Of a stretch of 44,214 nucleotides of DNA, positions 18,847 through 27,480 are shown one piece after another. The stretch comes from a virus (taxonomy: Duplodnaviria > Caudoviricetes): positions 1 to 44,214 of the IMG/VR virus record IMGVR_UViG_3300049141_000137. One strand, written 5' to 3'. Each line of letters starts with the position of its first letter. Within the stretch, counting starts at the first letter, position 1. The translations under genes were made by a program, and so were the position numbers. Under the pieces are notes generated by a model. The model saw nothing but the letters and a program-made list of their open reading frames with translations. It searched no databases and was not told the origin of the DNA.

Positions 18847-19437
18847 TTACGGGCTCTCAACGATGTCATCGTTGGTCAGGACGTAACCGAGCTTGCCGGC
18901 GGAGTCCAGGGCCTCAATGGTCAGCTCGAACTTGCCGTTCTCGGTACGGCTGAGCTGGATAGCGCCACGGTCGGAAATCATGGCGCGTGGGATAACCACC
19001 CGGTTCCGGATGGAACCCTGGTTCCAGTCCACGACCAGAGAGATTTCCTTCAGCTCGGGAGTGGACGAAAGGTCGAGCTTGAAGACCCCGGTACCAACGG
19101 GGGTAGGGTCGTTCGACATGATCTCAACCCACTGAGCACCCCAAAACAGTTCCGTGGTTACCTCGTTGGTCTCCTGAAGGGTCGCCTTCACCGAGAACGA
19201 AGCAGAGGTCACGTTGTAGAGAACGGCGGTTGCCGACTGCCACGCATTGACGGGCTGAGTCTCGATGGCGGGGGTAAGGGTTACACCGCCCTCGTCCACA
19301 TAGCCGAGGGCCTTGTAGCCAGTAGGCGCGGTGTCCGCTGTGCCGAGATCAACCGGCACGGTCAGGCTCTCCGAAGCGGGAGCCACATAGATGGAGCCGT
19401 TCGGCGCAAACCGAATCTTCTGAGCGTCATTGGCCAT
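18847..19437 (-). CDS. Major tail protein
   Basis: G.IYVAP, LGYVDEGGVT and V.AWQS motifs; ATG at 19437 behind AGGAGG. Confidence 0.9.
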   Translation of the reverse strand: MANDAQKIRFAPNGSIYVAPASESLTVPVDLGTADTAPTGYKALGYVDEGGVTLTPAIETQPVNAWQSATAVLYNVTSASFSVKATLQETNEVTTELFWGAQWVEIMSNDPTPVGTGVFKLDLSSTPELKEISLVVDWNQGSIRNRVVIPRAMISDRGAIQLSRTENGKFELTIEALDSAGKLGYVLTNDDIVESP

Positions 19438-19455
19438 GGGGCCTCCTGAGGGCAT

Positions 19456-19478
19456 AAAAAAAGCCCCCAACAGGGGGC
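19456..19478 (-). terminator. Internal terminator before the major tail gene
   Basis: GCCCCC-TGTT-GGGGGC-T7. Confidence 0.75.
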
Positions 19479-19494
19479 CTACAGATGTCGGGGG

Positions 19495-19881
19495 TTAAAC
19501 GGCGGTATAGAAAACCGCTACCTGACCGCAGTAAACGTGCTCGCGTGAGGAGTCGTCAGGGTCGTATTTCGGAGAGTCGATCTCCGTAACGTCCAGGACG
19601 AGAGCCCCGCCAACGGCAGTGTCAGGAAGCTCCTCTAGAAGCTTCTCGCGTACGAGAAGGGCGAGATCGACGGCTTCCTTGCGGTCCATCGAGTAAGCGG
19701 CATACTCAACGTCGATCCGGTCCATGCGGTCTCGCACAACGCGGTAGCCGCCCATGTGCTCTAGATAGACGGCAGTATCACCGGTTACATGTTCCGTGAG
19801 GTCACCCAAGACGGAACCCTCAGGGATCTCCGTAAGGGATTCGAGGTAGGTGACCAGGAACTCAATTGGGTCGATCCTCAT
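19495..19881 (-). CDS. Tail terminator protein
   Basis: Synteny; acidic 128-aa protein. Confidence 0.7.
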   Translation of the reverse strand: MRIDPIEFLVTYLESLTEIPEGSVLGDLTEHVTGDTAVYLEHMGGYRVVRDRMDRIDVEYAAYSMDRKEAVDLALLVREKLLEELPDTAVGGALVLDVTEIDSPKYDPDDSSREHVYCGQVAVFYTAV

Positions 19882-20240
19882 TCCACCCTCATCTTTAGAA
19901 GGGCGCCCTTGAGGTACCTACGGCCCTTGATCTTGCGGCCACGGGGAGACTTAAAACCGATCTCCTGTTGCCACGCGTGCCACACCTTCGGGTCTTCGTC
20001 CAGAACAACCCAGCCGTACCAACCCTCATGAACGAGCTGAATGTGTGCGGTGATGTTCTTCTTGATCGAGTTCCAGGAAAGCGGGCTGTGGCCCCTTCGG
20101 GGAGCGTCAGTTACCGCCCTGTGAAGCAGCTCTCCAGTCCGCTCCGCCACCAGGTCCCGGACCTCAGGCAGGGACATGGCCTGGCGCTCCCACCCTCTGT
20201 GCAGAGTGAGCTTCGTACGAGCAGCTCCAGGACGAGTCAT
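19878..20240 (-). CDS. Neck / HK97 gp10-like protein
   Basis: Synteny; EIGF..PRG......YL motif; ATGA overlaps. Confidence 0.65.
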   Translation of the reverse strand: MTRPGAARTKLTLHRGWERQAMSLPEVRDLVAERTGELLHRAVTDAPRRGHSPLSWNSIKKNITAHIQLVHEGWYGWVVLDEDPKVWHAWQQEIGFKSPRGRKIKGRRYLKGALLKMRVE

Positions 20241-20563
20241 CGCAGAGCCCTCCAGGCGGACACCTTCAGGTGCCGGCGGGAGGTGTAGCCCCATCGCTCA
20301 GGCTCTCCGTCCACCTCATAGAAGTGGCCACCGAGCTTCACGCGGTCACCGGAGGTGACCACAGCACTGAAGGGGAGGAAGACCGTGAGTCGCTCTTGGG
20401 AGAGGTCGCGCTCAGGGGAGAAGGACTCATAGGCCCGGTAGGGCTGGACAGAAGCCGCCCCTTCCCAGACCCTCACGGCCTGGCCCCAGTCGGGACGGCT
20501 GGTGTACGCGTTCTTGAGCTTGGGAGCCCGCCAGACCTCAACAGGGTCAGTCATGGAGAACAA
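20237..20563 (-). CDS. Head-to-tail stopper
   Basis: PDW, SVQP, DRV..GG..YEVDGEP..W motifs. Confidence 0.8.
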   Translation of the reverse strand: MFSMTDPVEVWRAPKLKNAYTSRPDWGQAVRVWEGAASVQPYRAYESFSPERDLSQERLTVFLPFSAVVTSGDRVKLGGHFYEVDGEPERWGYTSRRHLKVSAWRALR

Positions 20564-21146
20564 CGGGCCCCCTCAGGTCGAGGACGGGACCTTCCTTGCG
20601 GAGGGTCAGTGACCCGACAGAGCCACGACGCCAACGACCCTGGCGCAGGCTGGTCCTGGTGGACGCTGAGAGCGACTGCGCCGAGCTGGCCCCTGAGAAC
20701 GTGACCTCAACTTCACCGACACGTTCCGACTCGACGCCGGGGGAGAGGGCAAGCCAGCGGATGACCTCTGAACAGGTGATCGCGGTGAGCGAGGCAGGTA
20801 CAGCCTCGTAGCCCCAAGAGGCTGTGAGGGTCACCGCGGATTCGCCCCAGCCGGCAACGCGCGTCAGGTGACGGCCGTTGAAGGTGTAGTCAGTCACGGC
20901 CTGGCCGTCCTGGACGACGGCAGTGATGGTCAGGAAGGTCTGATACCGAGCCGGGATGGGGAGGACACAGCCACCCTCCGGATAGAGGGTGATGCTCTGG
21001 TCACTCCGCCTGTCCATGTCTCGACCGCAGTAGTCCTCAACGAGCCCTGTCACGTCTGCCAGAAAGGCAGTGACACGAGCTGTCTCGTCTGCGGCGACGG
21101 GCCGCCCAAGACGGGCGGCCACATCGTCAACGGAAGCCAGAGGCAA
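20547..21146 (-). CDS. Head-to-tail adaptor
   Basis: LASVDDVAARLGR N-terminus and WGY..VP motif; follows the capsid gene. Confidence 0.8.
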   Translation of the reverse strand: MPLASVDDVAARLGRPVAADETARVTAFLADVTGLVEDYCGRDMDRRSDQSITLYPEGGCVLPIPARYQTFLTITAVVQDGQAVTDYTFNGRHLTRVAGWGESAVTLTASWGYEAVPASLTAITCSEVIRWLALSPGVESERVGEVEVTFSGASSAQSLSASTRTSLRQGRWRRGSVGSLTLRKEGPVLDLRGPVVLHD

Positions 21147-21156
21147 TGCAACCCCC

Positions 21157-22197
21157 TTACGCAGCGTTGTGGGTCGCGATCAGGGATTCAACGCCCTGCG
21201 CTACGATCAGCTGTTCTGGGCGAATCACCTTGCTGTCGTAGATGACGCGCGACTTCACGGCATTCGTGAACTTCGCCTCAGGCTGGTAAGCCTGCATCTC
21301 CGCGAACGGGACGATGAGCGAAACCGCAGAGGTCGCACCCATGAACATGTCCACGCTGGAGAAGTCCGTGTGACGGTTCTTAACCAGCTTCTCAGTTGGG
21401 CGGGTGTGCGAGCCCAGGGTGTTCGCGACACGAACCGGAACGCCGAGAATCTGACCGATGACGCCGGAAGGCATAACGGCGTTCGCGCCGAAGTGCGAAG
21501 CGTCAATGAACTTCGGGTCACGCAGAAGCGCGCTCCGCAGCTTCGGGGAGATGAACAGGAAACGATCCTGTGGAGCACCCTTGATGTCCAGGTTCTCAAG
21601 CATCGCCACGACGAAGTCATAGACAGAAATGTCAACGCCCGCAGTGAAGTTGGCGTCAACGACCGCGTCAATCTTGCCGTGCAGAGCAGGCAGACCCGAA
21701 ACGGTCGCGTTGCGGTCCTCGGACCCGTTCAGGTCCTTGCCGGCCACAGCCGCAAGCAGGGTCTTGGCAATCAGCGAATCCATCGTGTTCGCCAGAGTCC
21801 GAGCCCGCTGCTTGACCAAATTCGACATGAGGTCGATACCGGTCTTGGTCTGAAGCTGGTGCAGGTTGTCAAGCTCCAGGTGGAAGCTCGAACCCTTCGC
21901 AACGGTCATCTTGATGTACTCAAGGGCCGCGTGGTCCGCCGTGCCGATGGAACCGTACGCCTTGACGATTCCCTTATCGGTCACCGAGTCAATGAAGTGC
22001 GGGATTCGCACAACGTCGCCCTCACGCCGAAACTCGCCCTCATACTGGCGATTGACGATCTCGGGGGAGCCGAGAACAAGGTTATCGTCCAGGTCCTCAA
22101 GGAGCTGGCTTACCCAAATCTCGGGAATGAAATGGCCGCCCGCGGCCTGAAGTGCACCGGCACCAGTGTTGTTACCGGCCTGAGTCGTAAAAGTCAA
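21157..22197 (-). CDS. Major capsid protein
   Basis: FIPEIW, NR.YEGE...GD.V.IP and YDSKVIRPE motifs; follows the scaffold. Confidence 0.92.
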   Translation of the reverse strand: MTFTTQAGNNTGAGALQAAGGHFIPEIWVSQLLEDLDDNLVLGSPEIVNRQYEGEFRREGDVVRIPHFIDSVTDKGIVKAYGSIGTADHAALEYIKMTVAKGSSFHLELDNLHQLQTKTGIDLMSNLVKQRARTLANTMDSLIAKTLLAAVAGKDLNGSEDRNATVSGLPALHGKIDAVVDANFTAGVDISVYDFVVAMLENLDIKGAPQDRFLFISPKLRSALLRDPKFIDASHFGANAVMPSGVIGQILGVPVRVANTLGSHTRPTEKLVKNRHTDFSSVDMFMGATSAVSLIVPFAEMQAYQPEAKFTNAVKSRVIYDSKVIRPEQLIVAQGVESLIATHNAA

Positions 22198-22214
22198 TGT
22201 GGTACCTCTTTAGG

Positions 22215-22808
22215 TCAGAGGTCCCCCTTCATCAGTGCATCGAGCTTGCCCGCCTTACGGGCAGCAGAAATTTCCTGGGGGGACATTCGAGAAAGGGCGT
22301 CACGGCCGATCTGACCGGCTGCATAAGAACCGGAATCGCCCTGACGGCCAAGGCCAATCCCCTGGGCAAACTCGGGGGAGTTGGACGGCTTGGGAAGGGA
22401 CTCCACGAATGCCTTGATGGCCTCGGTGTTCACCACTCCGTCAGTGCCGAGAAAGGCACTGGTGTTGAGGAACTCCGGGCGAGGAAGGGTCACGCCGGCA
22501 GTGGCAGCCTGTACGCGAAGCTCAGCGTCGACCAGTCGAGTACCGACCTCAGAGAGAGCCGCATTGCGCGCCTCTTCCTTTGCCTTCTCAATGGCCTTCT
22601 CTGCGTCCGTCATGGACGCGTCCTTGAGCTTCTGAAGCTCCGCGCTGGTGTCGTTCCAACGCTTCTCGTTCGTGCGAGAAAGGTTCTTCCACTTCTCCAC
22701 TTCGGCCTGAAGCGTTTCCGCATCAGGAGTCGCAGGAGGAGTGACCGGAGGAACCGGAGGTGTCGCAGGAGTCTGCGGGGCGTTCTGGGTGTTCGTGGTG
22801 TCGTCCAT
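22215..22808 (-). CDS. Scaffolding protein
   Basis: KWK.LSR.NE motif, helical body, C-terminal ARKAGKLDALM. Confidence 0.85.
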   Translation of the reverse strand: MDDTTNTQNAPQTPATPPVPPVTPPATPDAETLQAEVEKWKNLSRTNEKRWNDTSAELQKLKDASMTDAEKAIEKAKEEARNAALSEVGTRLVDAELRVQAATAGVTLPRPEFLNTSAFLGTDGVVNTEAIKAFVESLPKPSNSPEFAQGIGLGRQGDSGSYAAGQIGRDALSRMSPQEISAARKAGKLDALMKGDL

Positions 22809-22834
22809 TGGGAGCCTTCCATTTCGGTGGCATC

Positions 22835-22859
22835 AAAAAAGGCCCCCATTTCGGGAGCC
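22835..22859 (-). terminator. Internal terminator between portal and scaffold
   Basis: GGCTCCC-GAAAT-GGGGGCC-T6. Confidence 0.7.
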
Positions 22860-22878
22860 GTCCTTTGGTGTAAGTGAG

Positions 22879-24303
22879 CTACGCGGCCTTGCGGGCTGCG
22901 TTGCCCGAGTTGCCCTGAGGAGCCTTGCGGGCCGCCTTGTCTGCGTCCTGCTGGCCGTTAGGCTGTTCCGGCTGTGGTGCCGGGTACTTCTTCGCCAATT
23001 CCATTGCGTCCTTGGCGTCTTGCTCCCGCATGACGCGGAAGCGCTCAATCTGTTGTGGGGTATAACCCGCATCAAGAAGGAGCTGGTCTCTTGGTACGCC
23101 GATAAGCTGAGCCTTCAGAAGGGCGTCATAATGCTGGGCTTCGGTTCGGTTCTCAGGGTCACGCCAGATGACCTCTGCCCCGTGGGCGTCGGCCCTCTTG
23201 TCGCCCATAACCCGGAACGCGAGTCGCATGACCCTTTCCCAGGATTCACCGAAGTGCAGCATTCGTTCGCGAGTCTTGGCTATCAGTCCAGCCTCAGCAG
23301 AGGTGATGGACTCGCCAGACGGGGCCGTTCCGCCGTTCAGTAGGAAGTAGTGGAACGGAATCCGGCTGATGCTCGCCATGTGCTGTACGAGCATGTTTGT
23401 GAGATTCACGTAGTTCTTCAGGTCAGCCGCTTCAAACTGCCCAAACTTCACGTCGGGGTTCTCCGCCTGAAGGAGCTTGTCAACGGCGACCTTGTAAGGC
23501 TCGACAGGGCGCCCCTGGTCGTCCTCCTGGATCTCCAGGCCGGTGACGTACCTCTGTGGCCATGCCGCATACTCAGACGCCACCAGGGCGTCAGCCACGG
23601 TCTTATTGATCGCGTCAGCCAGAGGGATGACAACGGAAAGATCCGAGATCGGAGGTCCAGTCAGCCGAGACCGGTTGGGGATCGGAACTACCGGAGGCTC
23701 TCCGAGAGGGTTGCGGGCTTCCTTGTAGTCGCCCCACTGACCGGTCATGCCACTACCGGTGAAGACCTTTCCATCCCACCAGAGGGTGACGAACTCGCGT
23801 CCCCATTCATCCTGATAAAACTTGGCTGCGGCCTCGATGTCCCAGCGGCTTCCGGGCTTGTACTGGACAACCACGTTCTCAGCGCTCTCGACGGTGATAG
23901 TCGGCTGGCCGGCACTGTCCGCCCAAACGATGGCGTACGAGACTCCGTGAACCATCGCATCGAGGTGAGCAGCGTTCGACTCTGCGTCCAGGTGGTTACG
24001 CTGCCAGATCTCCCGAGCGTCCTTGTCGCCTCCGGGCTCGTCAGTCATCTGGAACCCGTCGATGAACATGCGCTCATTAACGCTGTCCACGATGAGCCCG
24101 CAGAAGTTGTCTGACCAGCCGTCAAAGATGCGGCCGAACTCGCTCTGATACTTGGCCTGAGCGAACACCATCTTTTGGTGCTTGCCGTCGTAGTAGTCCG
24201 AGCAGAAACGGAGATACGTCCTGCGGCGGAGTAGCTTGGAATGGAGCCAGTCAACCCACCCCGATGGGGTGTTGGGTGGAGACCCAACTTCAATATCGGC
24301 CAA
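22879..24303 (-). CDS. Portal protein (SPP1 gp6-like)
   Basis: YYDGKH, NFCGLIVD, IWQRN.LD, PVVP.PNR, SGE.I..AE.GL and FGESWE motifs. Confidence 0.93.
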   Translation of the reverse strand: MADIEVGSPPNTPSGWVDWLHSKLLRRRTYLRFCSDYYDGKHQKMVFAQAKYQSEFGRIFDGWSDNFCGLIVDSVNERMFIDGFQMTDEPGGDKDAREIWQRNHLDAESNAAHLDAMVHGVSYAIVWADSAGQPTITVESAENVVVQYKPGSRWDIEAAAKFYQDEWGREFVTLWWDGKVFTGSGMTGQWGDYKEARNPLGEPPVVPIPNRSRLTGPPISDLSVVIPLADAINKTVADALVASEYAAWPQRYVTGLEIQEDDQGRPVEPYKVAVDKLLQAENPDVKFGQFEAADLKNYVNLTNMLVQHMASISRIPFHYFLLNGGTAPSGESITSAEAGLIAKTRERMLHFGESWERVMRLAFRVMGDKRADAHGAEVIWRDPENRTEAQHYDALLKAQLIGVPRDQLLLDAGYTPQQIERFRVMREQDAKDAMELAKKYPAPQPEQPNGQQDADKAARKAPQGNSGNAARKAA

Positions 24304-24306
24304 CGG

Positions 24307-25874
24307 CTACCACCCCACTACTCGGGACCTCCGAATCTGCATTCGGCCATCAGCGATGGCGTCAGCTCTCGCCTCCAGGGCAAGCACGGCACATACGGCA
24401 AGGTCGATCTTCCTTTTGGATCTTGGGCTGTCCTTCTGAATGAGGAGGCCCTGAGGTACTTCACGAGTTACGGCGTTCAGCACGTGACGAGTAAGCCGGT
24501 AGTCTCCGTCGTGCTTTAGGTCGCCCACCATTGCGGCGGTACGGAATCGCTCAACGGCCTGCGTCATCCTCGTTGGCTTGTTCGTCCAGAACTCAAATAC
24601 GGTGTCGTCACCGTGCTCGATAGCCCAACGGCCGATGTTCTCTTGCCAATAAGGCGGGTCGGCATAGAGCCAGGCAACCCGGTACGTCTTGAAAGCGGTG
24701 TTGACTGCCGCCTCGACGGCGAGAACATCGACTTCCCAGTCATCTGGGGCGTTCTCAGGGCGCTCCCAAACACCGATGACGAACAGTTTGGCGTCACGCA
24801 ATCTGACTCCCACGAGACCTGTTGAGTCACCGCGGATCGATCCATCAAAGCCGATGGCTATTTGGTCGCCCGGCTTGATCGGGTCGTCCTCGGAGAAACA
24901 GGCGTCCCACTCGCTCTTACTCATCCAGCCGTCTGAAGACTCAGCGATCTGGTTGAAGTAGAAGCGGCAATAAGTGCTATCCGGCGTCGTCCGGTCGTGG
25001 AGGATGGTTCGTGTCAGGCCGTCGATGTCAGCCCAGGACGCGTCTCCATATGCCTCAACGAGAGCCGCGCGAACGGCCTCGGGGCTCCGGATGTCCTCAG
25101 GATCAATCGACCCCTCAAGGCAGTCGTAGAGCCAAATGCCCTGAGCCACCATCGCGGACTCGTGGATGATCTGGGCTACGCTGTCCTCGGAGGGGTTATA
25201 GGCGTTGGTCGTAGATACCCAGCGAGAACCGGCCTTCGTCGTCTTTTCGATATTCCGCTTCAGCACCTGGAAGAAGTCCGGGCCCCCGTTGCTGCCCACC
25301 CAGTGATGGCATTCGTCCATCAGACAAAACGATGGTCGATTTCCTTCGTTGGTGCGGCCGGCAGTGGCCTTTGGTTTGATGCTTCCGGGCTTACCGCTCT
25401 TGAACTGGACGACCATCTTGCCGATGTCCAGGCCGTAAATTGCTTCGGCTGGAGACTCCGAGAGCATTCCTCGGATCATGTCCATGGTTTGCTCGGTCTG
25501 GTCCAGCGCAGTGGCGCCGACCTGAACGACAGGCAGAGGGACAGGCTTACCGACAGGAAGGCCGAAGGCGTCGAAATGAGAGAACCTGCACGGGCCTAGG
25601 AATTCAACAATTGCGAGTGCCGCCAACAATGGAGTCTTGCTAAGCCCCAGCCCTTTGCTCGTCGGAGCGTAGCGGCTGAGTAGGTCCACCCCCCGTCAGG
25701 TCGGATGCTGTAGAACCACAGCACAAACCTCAACTGCTCGGGGGTGAATTGCCAGGGCTCACCGGCCCTGTCTCCATCCGGCTGGACAATGAACTTCTGA
25801 GCCCATCGGATGATGGAGTAACCAAGCGTCTCGTTAGGCTTCGGGACCCCTGCGGGCAGATTGCCTGTCTGCAA
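24307..25874 (-). CDS. terL: Terminase large subunit, interrupted by a 5-nt TTA-containing gap (25639-25643); 520 aa if bypassed
   Basis: Codons 1-77 end ...RRAKGWG; the other frame resumes KTPLLA..., with Walker B CLMDECHHW, nuclease IGFDGS...DST and KIDLAV. Confidence 0.9.
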
Positions 25875-25888
25875 GGATCACCGCCTAT

Positions 25889-26314
25889 CTAGGAGCCGTT
25901 CAGCAGCTTGTAAAGCTCCTCATCCATGTTCATCTCTTCGGGTTCCTCAGGGACGCCCGCGGGCTCTCCCTCGCCGGGCTTCTGGAAGGTCATTCGCAAT
26001 CTCGCGCGGTCCTCGACGGTCGCGCCCCACTTGGCGACGCGCTGACGGATTTCCCCAGCTAGCTTCAAGTCGCCCAGGAATAGGCCGTCTACGAGCTTGG
26101 TCGTCAGCTCCAGTTCAGCCCAGTCGGTCTCTGTCCAAGCCGCTGTCTGAGGGGCAGTGCTCCACGTCCGCCAGAAGCGCTTAGCTCCGGGGGTCGTGAT
26201 GCCGAGGCCCTTGGGCAGCTCGCGGCCGGGCTGGGGCTCCGCCGGCAACGTCTGTGCATTGGGATGGACGTTGCGCCTCTGCGCGTTGCCCTTGGGGGCT
26301 GGTCCTCGTGTCAT
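25889..26314 (-). CDS. terS: Terminase small subunit
   Basis: RGPAPK....RRN, W..W..AP....W...DW and EIRQR.AK.GAT.EDR.RLR motifs; upstream of terL. Confidence 0.85.
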   Translation of the reverse strand: MTRGPAPKGNAQRRNVHPNAQTLPAEPQPGRELPKGLGITTPGAKRFWRTWSTAPQTAAWTETDWAELELTTKLVDGLFLGDLKLAGEIRQRVAKWGATVEDRARLRMTFQKPGEGEPAGVPEEPEEMNMDEELYKLLNGS

Positions 26315-26472
26315 GGGAGCCGCACCCCCGAGAGGTCCGTGTCCACGAGGTCCGCCAGGTCCTCAATCTCGAAGAGGGCGTCCTGACGCCAACCCCGCTT
26401 CCGCTGAGCCCGGTTGGGCTGGTCAGCGGCCCTCAGCCGAGGGCCTTCGGGCTCGTCCTGGCCCTCGTACAT
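26311..26472 (-). CDS. Small hypothetical protein (53 aa)
   Basis: ATG at 26472 behind AGGGAAG; ATGA overlap with terS. Confidence 0.5.
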   Translation of the reverse strand: MYEGQDEPEGPRLRAADQPNRAQRKRGWRQDALFEIEDLADLVDTDLSGVRLP

Positions 26473-26495
26473 TGCTGCATCACTTCCCTGAGGTA

Positions 26496-26524
26496 ACAAC
26501 AACAAAGGCCCCTCCTCGGGGGCC
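26496..26524 (-). terminator. Terminator after the tRNA cluster
   Basis: GGCCCC-CGAGGA-GGGGCC-TTTGTTGTTGTT. Confidence 0.7.
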
Positions 26525-26530
26525 TGGTGG

Positions 26531-26606
26531 TGGTCTAGTCGGCAGGTCTCGAACCTGCGGCCTCCGGGTCCCAAACCCGGCGCTCTGCCTACTGAGCTAC
26601 GACCAG
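26531..26606 (-). tRNA. tRNA-Pro (TGG), CCA encoded
   Basis: Cloverleaf; anticodon arm CCGGG-TTTGGGA-CCCGG; TTCGA T-loop. Confidence 0.93.
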
Positions 26607-26749
26607 AAGCGGGGTGGCACGGTCGCTAGCCGTGCACCTCCCGAGGCGTCACCAGGAACCACCCCGTGACCACCTCCGGTGTGCGTCGCTACACCACACC
26701 CCTTGCCCTATCGTTGCGCGCTGGTTAGGCGCGCTATTGTCGGGCCAAG

Positions 26750-26822
26750 CTGAGCCGGTTGGATTCGAACCAACATCCCCCGGTTTTGGAGACCGGTGCT
26801 CTCCCAATTGAGCTACGTCCCA
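26750..26822 (-). tRNA. tRNA-Trp (CCA)
   Basis: CCGGT-CTCCAAA-ACCGG; one A-G mismatch in the acceptor stem; no encoded CCA. Confidence 0.88.
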
Positions 26823-26859
26823 CTGACGGCAGGGTGCCGGCGACCGCGTTACCCCTGCC

Positions 26860-26935
26860 TGGTGAATCTGGTTGGACTCGAACCAACGGCACCAGGATTA
26901 AGAGTCCCGTGCTCTACCAACTGAGCTACAGATTC
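26860..26935 (-). tRNA. tRNA-Lys (CTT), CCA encoded
   Basis: CGGGA-CTCTTAA-TCCTG; perfect acceptor stem. Confidence 0.93.
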
Positions 26936-26939
26936 AAAG

Positions 26940-27012
26940 TGGCGAGAACCGGGCTCGAACCGGTGACCTCCGGGTTATGAGCCCGGCGCGCTTCCAACTG
27001 CGCCATCCCGCT
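26940..27012 (-). tRNA. Initiator tRNA-fMet (CAT)
   Basis: Three consecutive G-C pairs in the anticodon stem and an unpaired A1/C72. Confidence 0.9.
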
Positions 27013-27016
27013 ACGG

Positions 27017-27088
27017 CTGACATGGCTGGACTCGAACCAGCAACCCGAGCATTAACAGTGCCCTGCTCTGCCATTGAGCTACACGTCA
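27017..27088 (-). tRNA. tRNA-Asn (GTT)
   Basis: GGGCA-CTGTTAA-TGCTC; G73. Confidence 0.92.
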
Positions 27089-27239
27089 TTAGACCGGCGG
27101 GCCGTACGGTAGACCGCCATCCCCGTTGCCCCGGTCCGTGGGCTCGGGTAACCAACCCGAGCCCTGTATGCCCCCGCTGAGACTCTTACGCGGCCCTGCC
27201 GCTGGTCCCGGTCATCCGCATACTTCCCAGCTCCAAGCC

Positions 27240-27452
27240 TCAAAGGCGCTCGCAAGAGTAGAAGACGACTGGGGCGCCCTCCTCGGGCACGTTAACGCCA
27301 CTATCCCGCAAGGTTGTGCATGCCGCTTTGTAAGCACCCAGGTATCTATCCTGGGCGTTGGCGGCTTTCGGGAAAGCCATTGCGAAACTCGATGTGGCGT
27401 TCCTGCGACCTGCGTCTAGGGTCAGGATGAAAAAGTAGGTAATCACCTGCAC
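27240..27452 (-). CDS. Small hypothetical protein embedded in the tRNA cluster
   Basis: 70 aa; YFFILTL...VVFYSCE pattern; no obvious RBS. Confidence 0.55.
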   Translation of the reverse strand: MQVITYFFILTLDAGRRNATSSFAMAFPKAANAQDRYLGAYKAACTTLRDSGVNVPEEGAPVVFYSCERL

Positions 27453-27480
27453 AGAGTATCAGCGGCACCATTGGAGCCTA

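Noticed and set aside
25639-25645. GCTTAGC matches GCTNAGC (IS10-type target / BlpI site), suggesting a transposon footprint
   Set aside because: There is no target-length duplication and no transposase in the window. Not fully excluded, but the in-frame TTA placement fits recoding better.
25650-25656. A AAG GGC slippery-type heptamer just upstream of the terminase gap, as a -1 frameshift explanation
   Set aside because: A -1 shift here gives KGLGLSKT, destroying the GxGKT P-loop. Only skipping 5 nt restores the motif.
24307-25689. 460-aa ORF as an independent terminase gene starting at GTG 25689
   Set aside because: Its N-terminus (MDLLSRYAPTSKGLGLS) is off-frame sequence and lacks the first half of Walker A and the adenine-binding region.
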